The position numbers were made by a program, and so were the translations under genes. This document shows positions 19,745 to 29,409 of a stretch of DNA of 64,000 nucleotides, one piece after another; position 1 is the stretch's first letter; every line of letters begins with the position of its first letter. Origin of the DNA: Terriglobia bacterium. Its GTDB lineage: Bacteria; Acidobacteriota; Terriglobia; JAJPHL01; JAPKYU01. The notes under the pieces are model-generated. The model was not told the DNA's origin. It did no database searches and was given only the letters and a program-made list of their open reading frames with translations. The stretch is taken from positions 608,001 to 672,000 of the forward strand of contig CBDBKE010000004.1 of the NCBI GenBank assembly GCA_965206645.1, given 5' to 3'.

Positions 19745-20032
19745 TGAAACCTCCTTTTGTGCGACTAGTTTTTGTGCCTAGTGTTAAATAAGGCCAATGG
19801 ACATTCCACTCATAGAATCGCGCGCGCCGTGCCGAAGCCAAGGCTGATGGCGCCGAATCCACTCCAACTATGATCTGCCGACGCCAACTCAATCAGGACG
19901 GGATTGTAAGACATCCTGCGTCAACACATCAAGTCGGCGGCCAGAACCCTAGGCATTCCTCGAGTCAACTGGCTGGTGCTGCGGCGAGCAACAGTTCGGA
20001 ACCTCTTCGGGCTCGCAAGTGATTGAAAGCAA

Positions 20033-20108
20033 TGGTGGACGTGAGGGGATTCGAACCCCTGACCTCAGCGTTGCGAACGCCGCGCTCTCCCAGCTGAGCT
20101 ACACGCCC
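20033..20108 (-). tRNA. tRNA-Ala(CGC)
   Basis: 76-nt cloverleaf GGGCGTG...TT CGC AA...GTTCGAATC...CACGTCCACCA with G3:U70 pair and encoded CCA. Confidence 0.96.
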
Positions 20109-20220
20109 GATCTGGCCCGGGCAGCAGTATAGCATGCGCAGCCTGTACTTCCCCTCGGCGCCGTCCACCGGCACTAAACAGGAAGCCGCACCGCTCCAGC
20201 CGATTTCTCTGGCGATCTTT

Positions 20221-20553
20221 TTACGTATTGAGGTGCTGGCTAAGCGTTTTTTCCAGCACCGACTTGGACTGGGTGCCTACCAGTTGCTCACGAATTTCGC
20301 CATCCTTGAACAGCAACAAGGTGGGGATGCCCTGAATTCTGTAACGCGAAGCCGTGGCCACGTTCTCGTCCACGTTGAGCTTGGCGACCTTGACTTTACC
20401 CACGTACTCGTTGGCCACGGCCTCCACCGTGGGCGCCAGGACGCGGCAGGGTCCACACCATTCGGCCCAGAAATCCACCAGGACCGGGATCTTGGCTTGC
20501 AATACTTCGGTCTCAAAATTCTGATCCGTTAGTTCTACTACGTTAGGCGCCAT
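20221..20553 (-). CDS. trxA: Thioredoxin
   Basis: VDFWAEWCGPC, IPTLLLFK. Confidence 0.96.
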   Translation of the reverse strand: MAPNVVELTDQNFETEVLQAKIPVLVDFWAEWCGPCRVLAPTVEAVANEYVGKVKVAKLNVDENVATASRYRIQGIPTLLLFKDGEIREQLVGTQSKSVLEKTLSQHLNT

Positions 20554-20621
20554 TTCTCCTCCGAACTATTAGATGACCGGCACCGGGAAAAAGTCGCGCC
20601 GGTTTTGCCGATAGGGGAAGT

Positions 20622-22085
20622 TCAGCCAGCAGCCGCCCGCCCGGTGCGGACAACCTTCTCGTAGACGGCGACATACTCTCTAGCCGAAACGTCCCAGGAA
20701 AAGTCCTTGGTCATGCCATTCCGCATGAGACGGTGCCAGGCGGCCCGGTTCTGGTAGACTCGAAGTGCCCGCCGCACCGTTTCTAGCAGGGCCTGCCCTG
20801 AGTATAAGCGAAATTTGAAGCCCGTGCCGGTGCGTGCACGAGAGTGATAGGGCTCGATGGTGTCGTCCAGGCCGCCGGTGGCACGTACGATGGGCACGGT
20901 CCCGTACTTGAGACTGTAAATCTGGCTCAGGCCGCAGGGCTCGTAGCGGGAAGGCATCAGGAACATGTCCGCGCCCGCTTCAATTTTGTGGGCCAGAACG
21001 TTGTCGTAGGCAATCCGGACGGCGATCTTGCGCGGGTACTGCCGGGCCAGGCGACGAAAGAGGGTCTCGTATGGCTTGTCGCCGGCTCCCAGAACGACCA
21101 GATAGAAGTCCTCCGGGGCGAGAGCCGCGGCTGCCTCGGCAACAAGATCGGCCCCTTTCTGTGCTGTAAAGCGCGATACGATTCCAATCAGCGGACGATC
21201 CAGGTTCTTCGAGGGCAACCGGAATTCTTTCAGCAGGTCTTTCTTGCAAATGCGCTTCCCGCTGAGGTCTTCTGGAGTATAGCTGGCGGCAATGTAGGGG
21301 TCGGTGGCAGGATTCCAGGTCGTGTAGTCCACGCCATTCAGGATACCTGCCAGCGCCGCCGACCGGAGCCGGAGAACGCTGTGCAGGCCAAAGCCGTAGT
21401 CGGGGGTCTGAATCTCGGCGGCGTAGGCTTTGCTGACCGTGTTCACGAAGTCGGCGTAGAGCAAAGCTCCCTTGAGGAAGTTCATCTTGCCGAAAAACTC
21501 CAAGCCATCAGTGGTGAACAGGTCCCGGCCCAGGCCGATCCGCTCCAGCGCCTCGGCAGGAAACATCCCCTGATAGCCCAGGTTATGAAGGGTAAACAGG
21601 GTGGCGGCATTTTTCAACGCCGGATCCTCGGCGTAGGCCGTTTTCAGCAACACTGGAACCAAGCCTGTCTGCCAGTCGTGGCAATGCACCATATCGGTCG
21701 GGAACAGCAACTTGGCCGTTTCCAGTACGGCGCGAGAAAACAGCGCGAAGCGCTCGGCGTTGTCCGGGTAGTCGCCGGCTTCCGAGGTGCCATAAAGGGC
21801 CGATCGGTCAAAGTACGGTGGGTAGTCAATGAAGAATGTGCGGAGACCGTCCTTCGGGGGACACGCCAGCACTGCGGGGAAGTGAAGCTTCCGCCCCAAC
21901 GGGATTGTCAGGCTAGGCAACACGGGGCGCAGCGTGTCCAGCGGTGTCGTACGGTAGCGGGGCAGAACCACCGCCACCTCGTGACCCAATCGGGCAATAG
22001 CCTGGGGTAAAGCCCCCATCACATCGGCCAATCCACCTGTTTTGGAAAACGGCACCCCCTCCGACGCCGCCATCAGGATGCGCAT
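20622..22085 (-). CDS. glgA: Glycogen synthase
   Basis: KTGGLADV, HCHDWQTG, HNLGYQG, MPSRYEPCGL. Confidence 0.95.
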   Translation of the reverse strand: MRILMAASEGVPFSKTGGLADVMGALPQAIARLGHEVAVVLPRYRTTPLDTLRPVLPSLTIPLGRKLHFPAVLACPPKDGLRTFFIDYPPYFDRSALYGTSEAGDYPDNAERFALFSRAVLETAKLLFPTDMVHCHDWQTGLVPVLLKTAYAEDPALKNAATLFTLHNLGYQGMFPAEALERIGLGRDLFTTDGLEFFGKMNFLKGALLYADFVNTVSKAYAAEIQTPDYGFGLHSVLRLRSAALAGILNGVDYTTWNPATDPYIAASYTPEDLSGKRICKKDLLKEFRLPSKNLDRPLIGIVSRFTAQKGADLVAEAAAALAPEDFYLVVLGAGDKPYETLFRRLARQYPRKIAVRIAYDNVLAHKIEAGADMFLMPSRYEPCGLSQIYSLKYGTVPIVRATGGLDDTIEPYHSRARTGTGFKFRLYSGQALLETVRRALRVYQNRAAWHRLMRNGMTKDFSWDVSAREYVAVYEKVVRTGRAAAG

Positions 22086-22190
22086 CTCGTAACGTTCCTA
22101 CTGATCCATACGAACCGGACACTGTACCACAGGTCCGGGGGGCACACTCTCGTGTCTCCGGCTTGACCTAGCCGTGATGAAATAGCAGCC

Positions 22191-22991
22191 ATGGCTCCCA
22201 GGCTCGGGCAGCATTTTCTGATTGACCACCATGTCCGGTGCCGGATCGTAGAGGCGCTACGACTCGAGCCGGAGTTTCTGGTGGTGGAAATCGGCGCAGG
22301 ACGCGGCGTCCTGACCCAGCTTCTGGCCGAGCGTGCCGGGCGGGTGGCCGCTATTGAAGTAGATCCGCACCTGGCAGCCTTCCTGCGAAAAAAGTTTGCC
22401 GGACATCCTCGGATACGCGTAGTGGAGGCCGATATCCTGCAACTGCCGCTGCCCTCCCTCGTAGCCGAGTTGGGCTATGCACGCGCCCACGCAGTGGGCA
22501 ATCTTCCCTACTACATCACCTCCCCTATCCTGATGCGGCTGTTTGAGTTCGCCGACAGGCTGGAGGAAATCGTGGTGATGGTCCAGCGGGAAGTGGCCGA
22601 GCGCCTCACGGCTGTGCCGGGCAGCCGCGACTACGGCTTGCTTTCGGTGACCACCCAATACCATACGCATCCCGAACTGCTGTTTCGCATTCGCCCGGCC
22701 GCCTTTCGTCCGCCACCCAAGGTGGAATCGGCACTGGTGCGCATGACAGTAGCGCGTCGCGACGCGGAACTCGGCGTTGAGGACCGGCAGGGCTTCTTCG
22801 CTTTCGTGCGTGCCTGCTTTCAGCAGAAACGCAAGACACTGCGTAACAACCTGAAGGGCCGTTACTCGCCCCAGCGGATCAGTGATGCCCTGGAAGTCTT
22901 AGGACGCAGTTCAACCACCCGCGCGGAGATGCTAAGTCTGGAGGAATTCGCTACCCTGTGCAAATTGCTGAAGCAACATAGCCGTCGATAA
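22191..22991 (+). CDS. rsmA: 16S rRNA dimethyladenosine transferase
   Basis: LGQHFL, EIGAGRG, GNLPYYITSP, FRPPPKVES. Confidence 0.95.
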   Translation: MAPRLGQHFLIDHHVRCRIVEALRLEPEFLVVEIGAGRGVLTQLLAERAGRVAAIEVDPHLAAFLRKKFAGHPRIRVVEADILQLPLPSLVAELGYARAHAVGNLPYYITSPILMRLFEFADRLEEIVVMVQREVAERLTAVPGSRDYGLLSVTTQYHTHPELLFRIRPAAFRPPPKVESALVRMTVARRDAELGVEDRQGFFAFVRACFQQKRKTLRNNLKGRYSPQRISDALEVLGRSSTTRAEMLSLEEFATLCKLLKQHSRR

Positions 22992-23127
22992 GCAAACAAT
23001 CCGCAGATTTCGGAGATTCTCCGATAACCAGCCGCCTCCGATGACATTCCAAACAAACCTTAAGGTCCCGGGCTTGGATCATTCCCAATCTGTACCAATC
23101 TGAGAAATCTGCGGAACAGGAAGCGCG

Positions 23128-24324
23128 TTAAGTGCGGTAGCTGGCGTTGATGTGGATGTACTGCTCGGTGAGGTCGCAGGTCCAAAAGCACACACGCGCC
23201 CGGCCCCGCCCCACATTCAAGTGAATCTGCACCTGGCGAGCAGCCCTCAAGGCGGCCTGCAGGGCCGCCTCGTCAAAGGGAGCGGCCTGGCCACGCCGAC
23301 AAACCGTGGTGCCGTTCAGCGAGATGTGGACACGCGCCGGATTGAGCGGCGCCCCGGAAGCGCCAGCGGCGGACAGGATGCGTCCCCAGTTCGGGTCACC
23401 GCCGGCAATCGCTGTCTTGACCAGGGGAGAGTTGGCGACCGCACGGGCGATCATCTCGGCTTCCTTTTCCGTCTGGGCCCCACGCACCTGGACTTGCACC
23501 AGCCGGCGTGCCCCTTCTCCGTCCGCGGCGATCGCTTTCGCCAATTCCCCCATAGTCGCCTCGAGAGCTTCAGCCAGGCGCTGCTCCGCAACCGGTCCGG
23601 CACTACCGTTGGCCAGCACGAACACGGTGTCGTTGGTAGAAGTGTCCCCATCCACCGAAATGCGATTGAAGGTACGCGCCACGGCAGCCCTGGTGAGCCG
23701 CCGTAGTTTTGGCGTCGGTAACGCTGCGTCGGTCAGCACAAACGCCAGCATAGTCGCCATCCGCGGGTGAATCATCCCCGCACCCTTGGCCATTCCCAGC
23801 AGGCGCACCGGGCTGCGTCCTCCCCTCCCTGGAACTTGCCGGAACGCCAGCTTGGGACGCGTATCAGTAGTTAGGATCGCTGACGCAACCTCTGCGAACC
23901 GCTCCGGTGCCAGCTGTTTGACCAGCCGCGGCAGCGCATTCGGAATGCGATCCTCTTCTAGTGGCACGCCGATCACTCCCGTCGAGGCGACCAGCACCTG
24001 TGAGCGGGGAATGCCCAAAAAGTGCGCTGTGGCCATCGCAGAGCGTTCGGCCACCCGGCGCCCGTTGGGCGTGGCGCAATTCGCGTTGCCCGCGTTGGCG
24101 ACGATTGCCCGGGCAATACCGCCGCTGGCGCGCAAGTGCACCCGCGAGAGCACCACTGGAGCCGCCGCTACCAGGTTCGTGGTGAAGACGCCGGCGGCCG
24201 CGGCGGGCCTCTCCGACACGATCAAGGCCACGTCTGCGCCCTCGCCTTTGCGAAGCCCGGCCGTGATGGCCGCGAATCGGAAGCCCTGCGGCACTAGCCC
24301 AATCTGTGACTCTTCAGCTTTCAC
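23128..24324 (-). CDS. argJ: Ornithine acetyltransferase ArgJ
   Basis: NAGNANC, STGVIG, TTDT, KGAGMIHPRMATML, DGDTSTND, DGEGA, INASYRT; GTG start inferred. Confidence 0.93.
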   Translation of the reverse strand: MKAEESQIGLVPQGFRFAAITAGLRKGEGADVALIVSERPAAAAGVFTTNLVAAAPVVLSRVHLRASGGIARAIVANAGNANCATPNGRRVAERSAMATAHFLGIPRSQVLVASTGVIGVPLEEDRIPNALPRLVKQLAPERFAEVASAILTTDTRPKLAFRQVPGRGGRSPVRLLGMAKGAGMIHPRMATMLAFVLTDAALPTPKLRRLTRAAVARTFNRISVDGDTSTNDTVFVLANGSAGPVAEQRLAEALEATMGELAKAIAADGEGARRLVQVQVRGAQTEKEAEMIARAVANSPLVKTAIAGGDPNWGRILSAAGASGAPLNPARVHISLNGTTVCRRGQAAPFDEAALQAALRAARQVQIHLNVGRGRARVCFWTCDLTEQYIHINASYRT

Positions 24325-24461
24325 CGTTCGCCCCTGCCCGCAACCTCGGCAGTGTCTGTGACAAACACTCCACCGCTGAGGCGCGCGGAGAATGCGGGAA
24401 AAGGAGCACAGTGTAGCACGCCGGCCCATGCGGCCGGTCCGCATCCTTCGTCTGTGCTAGG

Positions 24462-26177
24462 ATGAAACCCATGGCGGAACGCAAACTACAGGTTATCCCC
24501 CTTGGCGGTCTGGGGGAGTTTGGTATGAACATGATGGCACTGCGCTACGGTGACGACATGATCGTCATTGACGCCGGCCTGATGTTCCCCGACGTCGAAT
24601 TGCTGGGCGTGGACTTGGTGATCCCGGACATCAGCTTCTTGCTGGAAAACCGGCAGCAGGTCCGGGCTCTGATTCTCACCCACTGCCACGAGGACCACGT
24701 CGGAGCAACGCCGTTCTTGCTGGCCGAGATGAATATGCCCGTGTACGGAACGGCATTCACTCTAGCCATGCTCGAGCGTCGGCTGGAAGAGCATGGGCTG
24801 CTCGAGCAGGTCGACCGGCACCAGGTGCGTTCTGGCGAAAGCGTGGAAATCGGACCATTCCAGATCCAGTTCATCCACGTCACTCACAGCACGGTAGATT
24901 GCGTGATGCTGGCGATCCGCACACCGCTCGGTGTGGTCGTGCACAGCGGCGATTTCAAGGTGGATCCCACACCCACTGACAACGAACTGTTTGACTTGCA
25001 CAGCGTGGCCGAGTGGGGCAAGCAGGGCGTGTTGGCGCTGTTCTCCGACTCGACCAACGTGGAGCGGTCCGGGTTCACGCCTTCGGAGCGGGCGGTACGC
25101 GGCGGCCTAGAGGAGATGTTTGCCGATGCCACCGGGCGCATACTGATTTCCTGCTTTTCCAGTTCGGTGCACAGGCTCCAACTGGTGGTGGACCTGGCTT
25201 CCCAGTATGACCGCAAGCTGGCCCTTTTCGGACGCAGCATGATGAACACCTCGGAGATCGCGCACCGCATGGGCTACCTGAAGATCCCCGACGGCCTACT
25301 GCTGCGGCCGGCGGACCTGTCCCAGACCAGCCGCAATCGAGTGGCGGCTTTGATCGCTGGCAGCCAAGGCGAGCCGATGTCGGCGCTGTCGAGGGCTGCA
25401 GTGAACAATCACCGGCACGCGGTTATTGAGGCTGGCGATTCTGTGGTGCTGTCCGCGCGCATCATCCCTGGCAACGAGAAGGCCATCTTTCGCATGATGG
25501 ACCACCTGTTCCGGCGCGGCGCCCATGTGGTCTACGAGGATGTCTCCTCGCGCCCGGTGCACGTTTCCGGGCACGGCAGCCAGGAGGAGCTGAAGCTGAT
25601 GCTAAATCTGGTGAAGCCGCGCTTCTTCATCCCCATCCATGGCGAGTACCGGCAGCTGTGCCGGCACGCCGAACTGGCTCAGCAGGTGCGTGGCGTTCCA
25701 GCTCGCCCCGGGGCTTCCGAGTCGGCGGCCGGAGGGCTGCAGGAGACTTTTGTGATCGAGAGCGGCGATGTTCTGGAGTTCGACGAGCGCGGTGCTCGCA
25801 AGGCGGGTCGGGTCACGGTAGGCCGGCATTGCATTGACTCCGGCTCAGTGGACGAGGTGGTGGAGGAGGTGGTGATCCGCGACCGCCGGCACCTTTCCGA
25901 GCAGGGCATCGTGCTGCCTATCCTGGCCATTGACAAGCACACCGGGAAGGTAGAAACACCCCCGGAGATTGTCACCCGCGGCTTCGCCATCGGCGAGCCA
26001 GATGGCTTCCTGGAGCCAGCGCGGCAGATCGTGCTGCGCACCTTGGAGAGTTCCAGCAACGAAGAGAAAGCCGACTACGGCGTTATCAAGGAGAAGATTC
26101 GCAGCGACCTGAAGCGGTTTATCCACAAGCAAACGGCCCGCCGCCCCCTCATCCTGCCCGTCATTCTAGAAGTATAA
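24462..26177 (+). CDS. rnj: Ribonuclease J
   Basis: PLGGLGEFGMN, THCHEDH, SDSTN, HVSGH, PIHGEYR. Confidence 0.95.
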   Translation: MKPMAERKLQVIPLGGLGEFGMNMMALRYGDDMIVIDAGLMFPDVELLGVDLVIPDISFLLENRQQVRALILTHCHEDHVGATPFLLAEMNMPVYGTAFTLAMLERRLEEHGLLEQVDRHQVRSGESVEIGPFQIQFIHVTHSTVDCVMLAIRTPLGVVVHSGDFKVDPTPTDNELFDLHSVAEWGKQGVLALFSDSTNVERSGFTPSERAVRGGLEEMFADATGRILISCFSSSVHRLQLVVDLASQYDRKLALFGRSMMNTSEIAHRMGYLKIPDGLLLRPADLSQTSRNRVAALIAGSQGEPMSALSRAAVNNHRHAVIEAGDSVVLSARIIPGNEKAIFRMMDHLFRRGAHVVYEDVSSRPVHVSGHGSQEELKLMLNLVKPRFFIPIHGEYRQLCRHAELAQQVRGVPARPGASESAAGGLQETFVIESGDVLEFDERGARKAGRVTVGRHCIDSGSVDEVVEEVVIRDRRHLSEQGIVLPILAIDKHTGKVETPPEIVTRGFAIGEPDGFLEPARQIVLRTLESSSNEEKADYGVIKEKIRSDLKRFIHKQTARRPLILPVILEV

Positions 26178-26340
26178 GTAGGGCTAGAGCTGTAAGTGAC
26201 GCGCTGCTTCGCGCAGGGCAGATCTCTGCTCCCGCAGGGGGTGTCGCTACATAGCCTGTAGTCGAGTTCAAACCCAGGCCGAGGAGAGGTCCCACGCATC
26301 ATTGGGGAAGCAGGGGGAAGCAAGCGGGGAAGCAGGCGGC

Positions 26341-26685
26341 TTAAGAAAAGCTGTGAATCCCCGCAGTTTCGTCGTCGTGAACTTCAAACACCGTATACAG
26401 CTTAGTGATCTGCAAGAGTTCATGCACCTCCTTGGTGAGATGCAGCAGTTTGAGCTGCCCACCCTGGTTGGTGACCGTAGCGAAGCAGCTCACGAGCTCG
26501 CCAGTCCCCGAGCTGTCGATGTAGCTGACATCAGACAGGTTCAGCAGGATTTTCCTTTCCCCGCTGTTGAACAGATCGCGGACTGTCTCGCGCAGAGTGG
26601 ACGAACCTTCGCCTAAAGTAATTCGACCGTTGATGTCCACCACCGTGACTCCGTTCACCTGGCGTGTAGTGACTTTGATTGACAT
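26341..26685 (-). CDS. STAS anti-sigma factor antagonist
   Basis: GRITLGEGS, LNLSDVSYIDSSG, LLQITKLYTVF. Confidence 0.9.
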   Translation of the reverse strand: MSIKVTTRQVNGVTVVDINGRITLGEGSSTLRETVRDLFNSGERKILLNLSDVSYIDSSGTGELVSCFATVTNQGGQLKLLHLTKEVHELLQITKLYTVFEVHDDETAGIHSFS

Positions 26686-26734
26686 CGCTAATCCTTCTCG
26701 CTTCCTTCTTTCTTAAGTCCCGTTCAAGAGTTAC

Positions 26735-28423
26735 TCAATACGGTGCGAGATTTCGGCAATGGCACTCGCCGACGGCAACGTAGTGTGCGGCCTCCGCGCC
26801 ATAGGTGACGTGCGCCTTGCCCAGCCCTTCCAGATAGGTCACCAGAAACTCAGGTTTCGCGGCGTTCTGGACTATGACCTCCAGCGCCCGCACCAACTTC
26901 TTCTCCTGCTGGGCCATGTCCGTGTTCTGGAACAGTCCCTTCACCTGCGGGTAGCGCTTGAACAGCTCACCATAGAAAGTAGAAGCTAAATCTTTACCAT
27001 TCGAGCTCATCCTCTGTAGGTTGTCCTGCAGCAGCTTTGATTGGTAATGGGGTCGCAGAGCTCCCGATATCTCCATTGCGATCTCTTTCTGTGCCGCGAA
27101 GATATCGGTCAGCGTCCGCCGATACTGCTTCCCCCAGAGCTGGTGATTCGCTACAGTGTCGACGAGTTCGGCGCTTATCAACAGGTCATCTCCGAGTCGA
27201 ACAATTTTTCCTAACACCACCGCGCGAACCTTCAAGTCTCGCCCGACAGTTTGGGGTTGGATCTCTTGGCCCTTGTAACGGAGGACTGCGGTTCGGGATA
27301 TCACCTTGAGACTGGGCAACTGGGAAAGGCTGCTGATGATGTTTTCGGTGATCCCGTCAGTGAGGTATTCCATCTCAGGATCGGCACTGAGATTGGTGAA
27401 CGGTAAAATGGCAAGCGAATCGACGCCCTCGCCACGAGCCTCAGTTCGCTGGCGGGTCGTGCACGGCGCCCGGGAACGTCCTGTGCGAGGCTTTGTGCTC
27501 ACCACAGCGCTTCGTCCGGAGTCGCTATCGCGTTTCAGACGCTTCAGGTCCGCCCGAAGGTCAGAAGTGGTCTGGTAGCGCAACTCGCACTCTTTCTCCA
27601 GCGCTCTGTTGATGATCTCCTCTAGCTTGAGCGGAAGTTTAGAATTTATCTGTAGGGGCGCTATCGGCGCCCTGTTAAGAATCGCTTCGAGGACGACTCC
27701 AGAGGTCTTCCCAGTGAAAGCCGGGCGCCCCGTCGCCATTTCGTAAAGCATCACGCCGAAGGAAAAAAGATCCGAGCGCGCATCAACTTCCTCGCCACGC
27801 ACTTGCTCTGGCGACATGTAGGCGACTGTGCCGAGAGTGACGCCGGGGCTGGTGAGATGCTTCTCGACGGAGGAGTAGGTGCTCGAATCCGAGACTTGCC
27901 CTGCTCCACCCACCATCTGCCGTTGGGCCGCCACCTTTGCTAGCCCGAAGTCCAGGGTTTTGGCTTGTCCCTGCTCGTTAACAAAAATATTTGCTGGCTT
28001 GATGTCCCGATGCGTGATTCCCTTCGCATGGGCCGCCTCCAGCCCGTCGCTGACCTGAATGGCCAGCTCAACTAATTCCTCGGTCTTGAATGGCTTGCCC
28101 GCAATGCGGTGCTTGAGCGTTTGTCCTTCCAGCAGCGCCATGGCGATGAACGGCTGGCCCTCATATTCATCAATTTCGTAAATGGTGCAGATGTTGGGAT
28201 GAGTCAGCGCCGCAGTGGCACGGGCCTCACGGAGGAATCGGTCAAGCATTTGACGGTCCTTAGAAAACTCCTCGGCCAGGCACTTCAGGGCGACGTGGCG
28301 AGCGAGGATCGTGTCTTCGGCCTTGTACACAACTCCCATGCCACCGGCGCCCAGCTTCTCCAGGATGCGGTAGTGGGAAATCGTCTTCCCAGTCATGGGG
28401 AGCGCCTTGTTCCGGTCCTCCAT
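26735..28423 (-). CDS. Hanks-type Ser/Thr kinase + TolB-N-like domain + C-terminal globin domain (globin end probably damaged)
   Basis: GAGGMGVVY, HRDIKPAN, DFGLAK, GTVAYMSPEQ; SLAILPFTNLS..EYLTDGITE; then TFYGELFKRYPQVKGLF, QEKKL, LGKAHVTYG..HYVAVGEC. Confidence 0.85.
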   Translation of the reverse strand: MEDRNKALPMTGKTISHYRILEKLGAGGMGVVYKAEDTILARHVALKCLAEEFSKDRQMLDRFLREARATAALTHPNICTIYEIDEYEGQPFIAMALLEGQTLKHRIAGKPFKTEELVELAIQVSDGLEAAHAKGITHRDIKPANIFVNEQGQAKTLDFGLAKVAAQRQMVGGAGQVSDSSTYSSVEKHLTSPGVTLGTVAYMSPEQVRGEEVDARSDLFSFGVMLYEMATGRPAFTGKTSGVVLEAILNRAPIAPLQINSKLPLKLEEIINRALEKECELRYQTTSDLRADLKRLKRDSDSGRSAVVSTKPRTGRSRAPCTTRQRTEARGEGVDSLAILPFTNLSADPEMEYLTDGITENIISSLSQLPSLKVISRTAVLRYKGQEIQPQTVGRDLKVRAVVLGKIVRLGDDLLISAELVDTVANHQLWGKQYRRTLTDIFAAQKEIAMEISGALRPHYQSKLLQDNLQRMSSNGKDLASTFYGELFKRYPQVKGLFQNTDMAQQEKKLVRALEVIVQNAAKPEFLVTYLEGLGKAHVTYGAEAAHYVAVGECHCRNLAPY

Positions 28424-28618
28424 GGAATGAAGTTCATAGCTGCCTTAGATGCGGAGATGGGCGGGCAGGATTCACCAGGAATTTTCTGAACTCCCCGGAT
28501 AGCAGTGCTCCCTAAGACTCGCTCACCTGCCCTGAGGATCGCATCCGCGACACTAAACCATGGTGGATAGCCGCATCGTTCACGAAACCCAATATAATCT
28601 GACGATTGTGGCGGGCAG

Positions 28619-29176
28619 TTAGACGGCGGCTCGGGAGTACTGCCGGGGTTTGAACTCCGGCTTCGTGCCCAGTCCCAGCGAGAGTATGTTGAAAAAGTTG
28701 ATGCAGCCGGTCATCACCACGGCCTCCAAGATCTGCTCGTCGGTGAAGCCGTGTTGGCGCAATGCCTCAATGTCCTTCCCGTCCGTTTCGGGCAGCCGCT
28801 CGGTGAGTTTGAGCGCGAAATCCAGCAGGGCCTTGTCCGCTTCGGAAATATCAGCGTAGTGATGATCCACCGCCACCTGCTCCAGCTCCGGGTCGGTCAC
28901 ACCCATCGTTCGCATCATCTCGCAATGAATGGTCACGCAATAGGTGCTCAGGCGCGCCGCCGAACAAACCAGGGCGATGGACTCCTTCTGCCGCCGGGAG
29001 AGGGCGCCTTCCTTGAGCAACACGGTCGAGAGCAACTGGACTTCGGCCTCGATGAAATCAGGTCGCAGGCCCTGGGCGCGGAACAAATTGGGGATCAACC
29101 CGAACTTTTCTCGCAGAGCTGCGAAGGGGGCAAAGGTCTGTTCGCTCAGCTCTCCTTCACGTAGGAAGCTCATCAA
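28619..29176 (-). CDS. Peroxidase-related AhpD/CMD-family protein
   Basis: FGLIPNLFRA, LSRRQKESIA, STYCVTIH, ALLDFALKLT, GFTDEQILEAV..NFFN. Confidence 0.85.
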   Translation of the reverse strand: MMSFLREGELSEQTFAPFAALREKFGLIPNLFRAQGLRPDFIEAEVQLLSTVLLKEGALSRRQKESIALVCSAARLSTYCVTIHCEMMRTMGVTDPELEQVAVDHHYADISEADKALLDFALKLTERLPETDGKDIEALRQHGFTDEQILEAVVMTGCINFFNILSLGLGTKPEFKPRQYSRAAV

Positions 29177-29409
29177 GGCTCCTTCATGGCGGTGCGGATT
29201 TTGGCCATGATCCGCTCAGAAATGCCCGTGGGCAGCTCGAAACACTGGCTATTGGTGACGATCCTCAGGGTTTTGCGCGTGGAGTCGACCAGGACCTGGC
29301 AGGTATGGCAGTGGTCCAGATGGATCTCCAGCTCCTGCCGGAGTTCGGCCACCACCTGGTCGTCCAGGTAGTTCCCCAATTCAGCCAACAGGTCACGACA
29401 ATTAAGCAC
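29173..29409 (-). CDS. Zinc-binding anti-sigma factor (zf-HC2), soluble
   Basis: NCRD..YLD..HLDHCHTC (HxxxCxxC); overlaps both flanking genes; GGAGGG RBS. Confidence 0.88.
   Translation of the reverse strand: MLNCRDLLAELGNYLDDQVVAELRQELEIHLDHCHTCQVLVDSTRKTLRIVTNSQCFELPTGISERIMAKIRTAMKEP

Noticed and set aside
19762-19789. Possible dif site (TAGTGTTAAAT resembles the XerD arm)
   Set aside because: The XerC arm has no resemblance to the consensus
19653-19892. 79-aa minus-strand ORF from the track
   Set aside because: The overlapping 42-aa frame has the properly spaced RBS and a protein-like sequence
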